The notes beneath the pieces were generated by a model, which made no database searches, had not been told where the DNA came from, and saw only the letters and a list, made by a program, of their open reading frames with translations. The translations under genes were made by a program, and so were the position numbers. Shown here one piece after another: positions 39,201 through 49,700 of a stretch of 64,000 nt of DNA. The DNA lies in NCBI GenBank assembly GCA_043228905.1, contig JBHGNT010000013.1, positions 620,001-684,000 on the forward strand, in the 5' to 3' direction. Source of the DNA: Azolla caroliniana. Taxonomy: Eukaryota > Plantae > Polypodiophyta. Each line of letters starts with the position of its first letter. Positions within the stretch are counted from its first letter, which is position 1.

Positions 39201-41203
39201 GATTTTGTCACGGTTTTTAAGGGCCAATTTCTGCAACCTCCCTCTCGAACCGAGGCAGCACAAGCTTTAATGAACCTCTCTAGCAGGAAATTTTCCTCGC
39301 TAGAAGACTATGTTCACCATGCTAGAACCCAAATCCAAAAATCGGGTCTAGAAGGGGACAATTGGTTGATAGCTTGTTTTGTCAATGGCATCCCCAATTC
39401 GGACTATCACTGGATAGTGCACGATAAGGATCCAAAATCCTTCGAAGAGGCCGTTGAAATAGTTCTTCGCTATCAACGCACTTCGAAGAAGGACCATAAC
39501 AAACCCAACGAAGCGCCCGGGACTAAGCGGTTGCAATTTGTTGGGAAACGCAAGACACCCAACGAATTCCTGGATCGCGATTGTAAGCGACAACATCCTT
39601 TTTGTGTATTCTGCAAAAAGAAGGGTCATACAAAAGATCAATGTCGAAAGCTCTAACGGAAAGAGCATGACAACAAAGCTAAAGTTGCAGACCATAAAGG
39701 TCAGATTCCTAATGTCCTTCAGGTCTATACACATCATTTAAGTAATTGTCAATGTTCTTTCCCTCACTATATATTGGGTCCCAATGATTTACTACGTGCA
39801 AACAGGTATATCAATGAATCTCCTGTACAATTTTTATTTGATTCGGGAAGCTCACACAATTTTGTGAATGATCGTTTGGTTCAGATATGGGGAATTCAAC
39901 CCACCGTAAGTGATCACACCTACACGGTGCACTTGGCTGATGGAAGAGTACAATACATCAACGGGGCGATTCATTCATTAGGAATTTCTATTGATACTTA
40001 TATAGAGGAAGTAGACTTCCATGTAATGAATCTTTGTACCACCGATGTAATACTGGGTTATCCCTGGTTTTATAATAAAAACTCTTCTTTATTTATTGAT
40101 TGGGTTCGTCATTCCATTTCTTTTGTACTGAACGATTGTACGCATTTTATTCAATGTGTAAAAAAACAATCCCTCTCGATTGTTTCCTCGTGTCCATCAA
40201 TATCCGAGTTGTCTTGTTCTACGTTATTTTATTGTGTACTTGATCCGGACATTCACGTTTACAATATCGATAATGTCCCGATTCAATTAACATATTTTGA
40301 ACAACAACAACTTGATGAAATCTTAAATGATTTTCATGATGTTTTTCCAAGTGAACTACCTGATGGGTTACCTCCTAAACGTTGTCGTGCCCTTCGGCTC
40401 CGGATCGTTGCGTGAGTCGGGTGGGAACCGCCGAGGTTTTTGACTAGGGGGAAGAGGAATACAACTTAAGGCTAGATATGAATAGTGGAAAGAGAAGTAA
40501 GATAGCAATCTCGTGAATCCCACGAGTTTAGTGTAATTAAAACAATATTTTGATTATAAGAGCAATTAGATGGCAAAATTCGTGAATCCCACGAATATAT
40601 TAGATTGATCCAACCTTGTATATTAATCAACAACCATATACATATTTTTCTCCTCCTTATATAAAGATGGAAGAGGCTAAGCATGGCTTCATGCTTTTTC
40701 ACCTAAAGTGCCCATGCACACTAAATGTGCATGTGATGTTTTGTCATTTCCTAAATATAGGGCTCGTGCACGCTAGATGTGCATGAGTCACTTTTAATGT
40801 CACGTGTAAATAAAATATTCACACTCTAAAGAATACATGATTTTTACCTTTTAATAAAGGTATGTGTAAATAAAGGTCTTATACGTATTAAATCTATATT
40901 TATAACACTAAAGATAAGTTATTACAATGGTAAAGTTGGGGTTTATCTACGTGGAGGTGCTTGGTTCGAATCTTGCCCTATGCATGTGATAAATTCTTTT
41001 GATATATTATTTATTTATTTATATGTATCTAAATTCGGATATATTATTTTATGGTTTTCACGTAGTGTGTGGAATACACTACGACACTCGCCCCCTCCGA
41101 ACCCGCACATCCTCCGGTATGTGCCAAAGTTCTCGATTCCCCATATCCGTCTTCACCCAAAGCTTCCTCCGATTCTCCCCTTATGTCGACTATGAGTTGT
41201 AAT

Positions 41204-44200
41204 TCACGTTCTTCGCTTCCCACATCCCCGTGGTCTTCGTCTGATTGCTCCTCGTAGTCGGCCTTGGCTTGGATCACATAGGGTTTGTCGTCGGTCCGCT
41301 TCTTTGAAAATCTTCACCCGCTTCCCGGCTATAGGCACTCGTAGTATTGTTCCATCCAACTCGGACAGTCGGTACGTTCCGTTGTCGAAGACTTTCCGAA
41401 CCTCGTATGGCCCGAACCACCTTTTCGCGAATTTCCGCATCGTTGTATGTTGATGGTCCAAACTACTGTCATAGACGATCACCCAGTCTCCTTCTTCAAT
41501 CCTCCTCGGTCGTAGTCGGTGCTTTGTGTCGAACCGGCTTTTGTTCCTTAATCGTGCTTCTTGTTGTCGGCGTATTGCTTCCGCTATGTCTGCCGGTCTT
41601 CCCTCTAGTTGTCGTATCCGGACCGCTAGTAGTTCTTCCCGGCTCATCTCTTCCTTCCACGGTAGCACTGTCCATGTTGCGATCGCGGTTTCCGTCGGCA
41701 TTACCGGTGCTTGTCCGGTCATGAGTTCTGCCGGCATGTAACCGGTTATGGAGCTATGCGTCGTCCGATCCGCCCATAGTCCATACGGAAGCATCTACGG
41801 CCAGTCCTTCACCTTTCCATCGCATGCCTTCGCAAGTGCTTTTACGATCGGACTATGTCCTCGTTCGATTTTCCCGTTGGCCTCCGGATTGTATGCCGTT
41901 GTCAGCGATAACCGAACTCCGTGTTTGGCGAAGAATCCCCTAGCTTTGTCCGAGTCGAGTTCTCCCCGGTCTGCAATCACTTGTCCTACGCACCCGTACC
42001 TGCAAAATACTTCCTCCAAAAGAAATTGGCATACCGCGGAACACGTTTTCCTCTGAAGCGCTCGACCTTCTACTTGATTCGTGAGATCTTCCCGAGCTAA
42101 TACCAAGTATTTCTTTTGTCCGATCCCGGTCGGCATGGCCACTATGTCGACCATCCACTTGAAGTTGATTGTCGGTGAGAATGTCGGATGTAACTCATCT
42201 CGATGTCGAACCCCGGAGTAGACTTGACATTTCTCGCAGCTTTCCGTAAACTCCGCGATATCTTTGTACATTTTCTTCCACCAATATTTTGTCTTGATCT
42301 TCACAAATGTTGCCCATGTTCCTCGGTGTCCAGCCCAATCGGATTCGTGAAACTCGGACATTATCCGGTTTCGTTGCTCTTTTGTCCCGACTACTCGAAG
42401 TGGTATACCATCCGGTCTTTTCGGCGCCCTCCATATTAATCCGTTTTCCAAGAAGAACTTTTGGACTTGCCTCTTCTTCCTTCGGATCTCGGCTCTTCTT
42501 CCTTTATCGTTTGTCGAGTCCTCGGCCTCTTGTAACATCTTTCCGATCATCAAACTTTCTCCCTCATATTCTTCTTCCCGAAATTCTCGGATTACGTTCA
42601 CTCGGCATATGTGCTCCGACGCGAAGTCGTCTTCGGAAACTTCTTCATTATCCGATTCGGTTATGTCGTCTCCGAACCGAGCCCTTGATAACATATCCGC
42701 TACCGCGTTTTCCTTCCCCGAGATGTGTCGAACCTCCGGATTAAGCGACTTGACATATGCAACCCACCTTAGCATAGCTACATCTGGTATCGTACAACAC
42801 CGCATCATCCCGAGTATCGGAAGACAATCCGTCTCGATCACCACTTCGGCTCCGATCAAATAATCCCGATCCGATTTTATCGCCGACATGACTCCCCACA
42901 GTTCTCTTTTGACTTGTGCATATCCACGTTGCCTTTCGTTGAGAACCTTTGCTCCGAATCGGATCGGATACCGCGAACCATCCGAGTCGGCTTGATTGAT
43001 GACCCACCCGATACCGGTTGGACTTGTATCAACTGTTACTATGATCGGTCGGTCGTAGCTCGGCTTCTTAAGTGCTTCCGCCCTCCGAAGTGTCTTCTTC
43101 AATTTCTTCATGGCTTTGGTGTGTTCCGGTTTCCATTCGAATTTCTTACCTTTCCGCAACAAGTGGTAGAGCGGGTCCGCTATATGTGCATAGTGCGGAA
43201 TCCATATGTGATAGAATGCACATGCACCGAGAAACCTTCGGACTTCGGATGTTGACTCGCATACTTCCTCCATAGCTTGAATCGCATCGATCTTTGTTGG
43301 TGACGGTCTTCGGCCGTAGGGCCCACATAGATGTCCGACCACCAATATTTCTTCTTGCCCGAATGCCGATTTCTCCCCGGAAAGTGTTAGGTGCACATCT
43401 TCTAGCTTTCGCAACACTTTCTCGCAAGCATGAATATGGTCGACCACGAACTTTCGGCATCCCCGATCATCCATAGTCTCATCTTTTTCTTCGACCGCGC
43501 ATCCTTTCATCGGAATGTCATCGAGGAACGGCATCGTTATCTCCGGAATGCAGTCTCGAAGCACCTTGTTCATCGCGTTCATCATATGAGCAACCGAGTT
43601 TGTCGCTCCTTGTGGTAGTGTGCACATTCGGACTAATCCTATCGGTGTTCGCATGGTTGTGATGTCTCGGCTCTCCACGGCTAGTTGGAATTGGTCATAC
43701 CCCGAGTATAGGTCTCCGATGGAGTATATCGCACGAACGGCAAAAGCTTCCGCAAATTCGTCCACTATCGGACCGACTCCCGAGTTCCGGATCGTGACCT
43801 TATTCACCGGTTGCAAGTCTTGGATAAATCGGAGTGACCCATTCTTCTTCGGAACCGTAAACCATCGATTTGAGTACGGAGCAGTTGATGGCTCTAGAAT
43901 CCCCATCGCCACCTTCTCCTTGAGCAAGTCAATGACTTTCGGAATATGCGCTCGTGGCACCGGAATCGGCTTCAGATTCCACGGTACATGGTCAATCGTA
44001 AAGATCACCATCGGTTCCACTATTCTCGGATCGACGCACCCTATCTCCCTTGATGTAAATGCAAACGCTTTGCCGTGTTGCTCCAACATCTCGCGAAACC
44101 GTTCTTCTTCTTTCTGTAATAGGAACCCACCTCCACCGATCCGAAGTTTCTTCCGGGTCTCATCCGTGAAGGCATGTCCGATATCCACGGACTTCCGAAG

Positions 44201-44686
44201 TGTCGGATCTCCTGAGACTTCTTTCCTCTTTTGTTCGCTATCGGCGGGTAGTGGTCCCGTGGCCGGTTTCACCTTCTTCTCCACAGTCTTGTATTTCGTA
44301 CTTACCATTGCTTCTTCTTTACGGAGCGTACCCGGCTCCATTTTCGCAATGATCTCGTACATCTCGACCGATTCCACTGGGACTACCCGGTTCCCTTGGC
44401 TTTTATCTTCCGCAAGCTCTTCAAGTCGTTGTAGCGTGCTCCCATAGAACACTTCCTCGACTATCCCCACGATTTCTTCATCTTCTTTTATTATTGATGT
44501 CGACCGCAACTTATCCTCCACTTGTCGGTATCCTTTCTTCAATCCACCGGTTACGGTCGTGTACGTAGATGCCCCATCCGGACCGATTCGTACATGTTTT
44601 GCTCCGAGAGTTTTCTTCCTGTGTGGGGTATCAGGGCTTCTCGGACTATCACTTCCCCACTCCGCAACAGTCCGCTTTAAAAATCC
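41204..44686 (-). pseudogene. Element C Pol (RT-RNase H-integrase), in the -1 frame relative to Gag-PR; one in-frame TAG at 41795-41797
   Basis: LPQGATNS, PFLDDIPMKG, VTVDTSPTGIG, H-H-C-C zinc finger, VIADRGE, NPEANGKIERGH, WFGPY. Confidence 0.92.
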
Positions 44687-46737
44687 ATTCTCACTTGGGA
44701 CAAGAGTTCCCTCTTGTTCCTTTCGTGATTTGCCGGCACCGTTAGGAATTGGACGGATTTCCCACCGTTTTGGCTCCGAATTCGCGCAAAAGCCGCACCG
44801 CTATCGAGCACCTTCGTCTCCATCCGTGATGCCGTGATAAAGGGTTGGTCGAGGATGACGGAATGTGAAACCTCATCTTGCACGAAGAAATTTTGGTCAA
44901 TCTCGACATCCCCGATCTTCACCGTCACATCCGGACAAGCCGCAAATAGATCTTCCGTTGCTTTGGTGGCCGCCCGAATCTTCCATCCATGGTTGGTGTT
45001 AATAGGCCACTTCCCCTTCCGGTAGAACTCCTTGGACATCAAGTTGATCTCCGATCCGTGATCAATCAATGCTAGCACGGTTTCTTTGATGTTGCCGATT
45101 CGGACCGGAGTTTCCGTAGTCGCGCGTGCCCAATGTGGCCTTGTATAGTGGGAGTTCGGAATTTCGTCCTCCACTTCGGTGTCGTTCATTAAAACGGTGT
45201 TCGCATTCACCCTTGGAGCATTTTCCTCCGTACTTTGTCTTTTTCGCTTCACGAGATCTACGAGAAGATCGTGGAACTCCTTTGCTATTCCGAGTAGCTC
45301 CCGAAGCGAGAAATCTACCCGGCTATCCAAGATTCTTTCCTCGAACACTTTTTTCAAGTCGGTTTGTTGTTCTATGTCCGAGGCGAGCTTGAATGCCGGA
45401 GTCGCCTTTTCTTTTCCCTTACCTCCGGAGTTCCAGCTTTCCGGTATCTTCGATGGACCGGCCGCATCCTCCGTTCGTCGTCGTTTCTCATCCACATACA
45501 CCTTATGCAATTGACACAGGGCGTATACGCTATTCTTGTCGACAGGGCACTCCCATCCCGTAGCTTCCCGGACGCCTTCCGCGGTGCTTCGGATCTCGTT
45601 GGAGTCGGTTTTCTCGGTGTTTTCTAGAACTTCCGGCCAAAAAGACGTCTTTGCTCTCGATGACTCCCCGACACATATTCCCGCGGTTGTCGCATAGTTG
45701 CTTCTCGCCGCCAATTCCTCCTCGAGCACCTTCTTCATGCCGCCTTTCCGGAAGTTCGGTCGGAGTGGCTTCTGAGAGTCCATCGAATGAATCCGGTTTC
45801 CCTCGTAGTAGATGAGATCCCGTTGTAGCGCCTCCTTATGCTCGTCGCAATCCCTCCGATAGTGTTCGGCGCTATCGCACCATATGCACCGTCGGTCCGT
45901 ATACTTGGAGCTTGTGGGGCGGTCATCCGACTTCTTCACCATCGCGATCTTCAGATTCTCCATCTCCTTCAATAGTTGCTCCACCGTAGATGCATCAATC
46001 CCCTTCTCGGTTGTAGTCTCTCGAGCCCTCAGTTGATGGTCTTCCAATCCGGTTCTCGGTTTCGGAATCGGTTCCGAAACCCTCTTTTCCTCGTCGGCAA
46101 GCCATTGCCCCCTCTTCGTGTATCGCGCGACGATATCCCGCATGCTTTCCCATGTTTCGGTGAGGCCGCTCTCCGTGGTCGTGTCCTCCAAGAGCACTCC
46201 GAGATCTTTCCAGTCCCGGACGTCCACGGCTCGCAAGAACATGATCACCTTGTCCGGTACGAGGATAGCTTGATCTCTCGCGGACAACCTCCCGAACCGG
46301 CTTTTGAATGCCGAAAACACATCAACGACCTTCAATCCCTTGTCCGGCGTCTCCACCCAATCTTCGAATCCCCTTCGCGTCGCCTTGGAGGAATCCTCGA
46401 TGGCGAACGTCCTCTTTAGCTCTACTTCAAACGCCTCCCATGTCGGATTTTGCTGTCGTAGCCCATGGATGCTTGCTTGAAGCCCGTCGGTCGCCACCCG
46501 GTTGAAGGACGTCACTTGCAGTCCTTCCGATATTCCGCACTGTAGCATCTCCGCCTTGTAATCCCGAAGATACCGCGACACGTCTTTCCCGTTGAATTGC
46601 CCGTTTCGTTGCACGAGCCGCTCCACTGAGGCCGCTATCTCCGACATCGCGCGTTGTTCTTGTAGCATGCACTCGAACATCATCATCATGTTGCTAGCCT
46701 CTTGTTGATTTTCCATCTCCTTGCCACCCGTTTTCAC
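44677..46737 (-). CDS. Element C Gag-protease ORF
   Basis: 686-aa open frame with CIWCDSAEHYRRDC knuckle and ALIDHGSEINLM...VILDQPF aspartic protease. First ATG is at 46716. Confidence 0.88.
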   Translation of the reverse strand: MKTGGKEMENQQEASNMMMMFECMLQEQRAMSEIAASVERLVQRNGQFNGKDVSRYLRDYKAEMLQCGISEGLQVTSFNRVATDGLQASIHGLRQQNPTWEAFEVELKRTFAIEDSSKATRRGFEDWVETPDKGLKVVDVFSAFKSRFGRLSARDQAILVPDKVIMFLRAVDVRDWKDLGVLLEDTTTESGLTETWESMRDIVARYTKRGQWLADEEKRVSEPIPKPRTGLEDHQLRARETTTEKGIDASTVEQLLKEMENLKIAMVKKSDDRPTSSKYTDRRCIWCDSAEHYRRDCDEHKEALQRDLIYYEGNRIHSMDSQKPLRPNFRKGGMKKVLEEELAARSNYATTAGICVGESSRAKTSFWPEVLENTEKTDSNEIRSTAEGVREATGWECPVDKNSVYALCQLHKVYVDEKRRRTEDAAGPSKIPESWNSGGKGKEKATPAFKLASDIEQQTDLKKVFEERILDSRVDFSLRELLGIAKEFHDLLVDLVKRKRQSTEENAPRVNANTVLMNDTEVEDEIPNSHYTRPHWARATTETPVRIGNIKETVLALIDHGSEINLMSKEFYRKGKWPINTNHGWKIRAATKATEDLFAACPDVTVKIGDVEIDQNFFVQDEVSHSVILDQPFITASRMETKVLDSGAAFARIRSQNGGKSVQFLTVPANHERNKRELLSQVRMDF

Positions 46738-46750
46738 GTCGGGTTCACCA
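46733..46750 (-). promoter_or_regulatory. Primer binding site complementary to the 3' end of cytosolic tRNA-Trp
   Basis: The plus strand reads TTCACGTCGGGTTCACCA, matching the recalled plant tRNA-Trp(CCA) 3' end. Degenerate copies at 28855-28870 and 6361-6376. Confidence 0.85.
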
Positions 46751-49700
46751 ACTGTGTCGTGCCCTTCGGCTCCGGATCGTTGCGTGAGTCGGGTGGGAAC
46801 CGCCGAGGTTTTTGACTAGGAGGAAGAGGAATACAACTTAAGGCTAGATATGAATAGTGGAAAGAGAAGTAAGATAGCAATCTCGTGAATCCCACGAGTT
46901 TAGTGTAATTAAAACAATATTTAGATTATAAGAGCAATTAGATGGCAAAATTCGTGAATCCCACGAATATATTAGATTGATCCAACCTTGTATATTAATC
47001 AACAACCATATACATATTTTTCTCCTCCTTATATAAAGATGGAAGAGGCTAAATATGGCTTCATGCTTTTTCACCTAAAGTGCCCATGCACACTAAATGT
47101 GCATGTGATGTTTTGTCATTTCCTAAATATAGGGCTCGTGCACGCTAGATGTGCATGAGTCACTTTTAATGTCACGTGTAAATAAAATATTCACACTCTA
47201 AAGAATACATGATTTTTACCTTTTAATAAAGGTATGTGTAAATAAAGGTCTTATACGTATTAAATCTATATTTATAACATTAAAGATAAGTTATTACAAT
47301 GGTAAAGTTGGGGTTTATCTACGTGGAGGTGCATGGTTTGAATCCTGCCCTATGCACGTGATAAATTCTTTTGATATATTATTTATTTATTTATATGTAT
47401 CTAAATTCGGATATATTATTTTATGGTTTTCACGTAGTGTGTGGAATACACTACGACAACGTAATATAGACCATCGTATAGATATTGTACCTGGTGTTGC
47501 ACCAATAAGTATACCTCCGTACCGCTTAAGTCGATCCGAAGAAGATGAGGTATCTAAGCAACTCATGGACTATTTACGAATGGGTTATATACGTTATAGT
47601 AAATCTCCATGGGGTGCACCAGTTCTCTTGGTTAAAAAGAAAGAGGGCACATGGCGTATGTGTATTAATTACCGACGCTTGAATAAAGTGACGATCAAGA
47701 ATTCGTATCCATTGCCCCGGGCTGACGATCTAATTGACCGTCTCCAGGGAGCTCGGTATTTTACGAAACTTGATCTCCGTACTGGCTACCATCAAATACG
47801 AATAAGTGAGGACGATGTTCCTAAAACGGCATTTCGTACGCGCTATGGCCATTACGAGTTTTTGGTTATGCCTTTTGGTTTGACCAATGCTCCGACTACT
47901 TTTCAACAAGAAATGAATGACATTTTCCGAGAACAACTTGGAAAATTTGTCGTTATTTTCTTGGATGATATTTTAGTTTATAGCCATACATTACAAGAAC
48001 ATGCTAGACATGTCTGCTTTGTTTTACAAACATTGCGTGACAAACAGTTTTATGCGAAGATCTCAAAATGTGAGTTCTTCAAGAAATCAATTACTTATCT
48101 AGGACATCTCATAACCGAACTAGGAGTTGAAATTGATCCTTCTCGCATTGAGAAAATCAAGCTTTGGCCCACTCTTCGGAATATTCGAGAAGTTCGATCA
48201 TTCCTTGGTTTTGTGGGGTTTTTGCGAAAGTCTCTTCGTAATTACTCCCAATTGACGACGCCGTTTACTGATCTTTTAAAAGGTCAAACGCGTAAGTCTA
48301 CAAAACCTATTGTGTGGAATGCTACACTAGACCTTGCCTTTAAGGAACTCAAGGACCTGGTTTGCAAGGCTCCTTCACTTCTTTTACCTGATCCTTCAAA
48401 ACCTTTTGAGGTTGAAACCGATGTAAGCGATTATGCTATAGGTGTTGTCTTGTATCAAGATGGTAAACCAATAGCATTCGAGAGTAAGAAACTTGATTAT
48501 GCTCAATGTTGGTATACCGTTCAAGAAAAGGAATTATTTGCAGTTATACATGCGCTCAAAACATGGCGCCATTATCTTTATGGAAATCACTTTGTGGTAA
48601 CTACGGACCACGAGTCCTTGAAATATTTTTGTGACCAACAAGACCTGAAAGGTCGTAAGGCACGATGGGCTGATCTCATCCAGGACTTTGATTTTTCCAT
48701 ACGATATCGTAAAGGTTCCATGAACACTGTCGCTGATGCACTAAGTCGCATCCGTGAAGTTAACATGCTTAGCTTCACTGCAATATCATCAGATCTTTAT
48801 GATCACCTTCGAGGAAAGTATCCTAATTACAGTTATTTCGCAAAATACTGGGCAAGAGTTGAGTCTGGAACAAACACCACCACATCCTCGAAGGAATACT
48901 TCCACATTGCTAACGGTTTGCTCTACCGTAATGGGAAGGTTTGTGTTCCAGATTTACCCGAGGTCAAAAAGAGGATTCTTTTTGAATGCCATGATGCACC
49001 CTCAGCAGGGCACCCTGAAATACATCGTACACTTGTTCTCATCTCCACTCAATTTTATTGGCCTAAGATGCGTCCTGACATACATAGTTATGTGACTAAA
49101 TGTCACCAGTGTCAGGTTAACAAAGCCGAGCGACTTAAAGCCGCAGGACTTTTACATCCCTTGGACATTCCCAATAATAAGTGGGAAAGTATATCCATGG
49201 ATTTTATTGTTAGCCTTCCTCGCACCCAAAAAGGTCATGATGCCATCTGGGTTGTCATTGATCGACTAACTAAAATGGCCAGATTTATTGCTACTAAAAC
49301 CACGGTAACAGCTCCTGAATTGGCTTACCAATTCGTTGACGAATTGTTTCATTTTTATGGGTTACCGATGGATATCGTGAGTGATCGAGATCCAAAGTTT
49401 ACTAGTGACTTCTGGACGTAAGTCTTTAAGAAGTTAGAAACTACGTTGAGCATGAGCTCCACGGATCATCCTCAATCCGATGGACAGACAGAACGAGTAA
49501 ATCAAATTATTGAGGATATGCTTTGAGCATACGTTGGTGCAAAACCAACAAAATGGGAACGTTATCTCCCAATTTTGGAGTTTGCTTATAACAGCTCCAA
49601 GCATACGTCGACGGGATATAGTCCTTTTATGTTGATGTATGGTTTTCAGCCACGAGCCCCGATTGATGTTAATATACATCATGATGAGTTGCGAAGTACG

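Larger units (their letters stand above)
40383..47458 (-). mobile_element. Element C: near-intact Trp-primed non-chromovirus Ty3/Gypsy element
   Basis: 704-bp LTRs 40383-41086 and 46755-47458 (about 9 differences by eye). Perfect 4-bp TSD ACGT. PBS 46733-46750. PPT GGAGGGGGCGAG. Confidence 0.96.

Noticed and set aside
43620-44447. Long antisense ORFs (275 aa here, 226 aa at 32530-33210, 221 aa at 18076-18741)
   Set aside because: Shadows of pol reading frames with no recognisable motifs, and their extents are not conserved between elements B and C.
46733-46750. tRNA-Trp gene
   Set aside because: Only the 3' 18 nt including CCA are present, next to an LTR; this is a PBS.
47352-47458. N-terminus of the 689-aa ORF as a real protein start
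   Set aside because: The first 36 codons are element C LTR sequence fortuitously in frame with the interrupted D pol.
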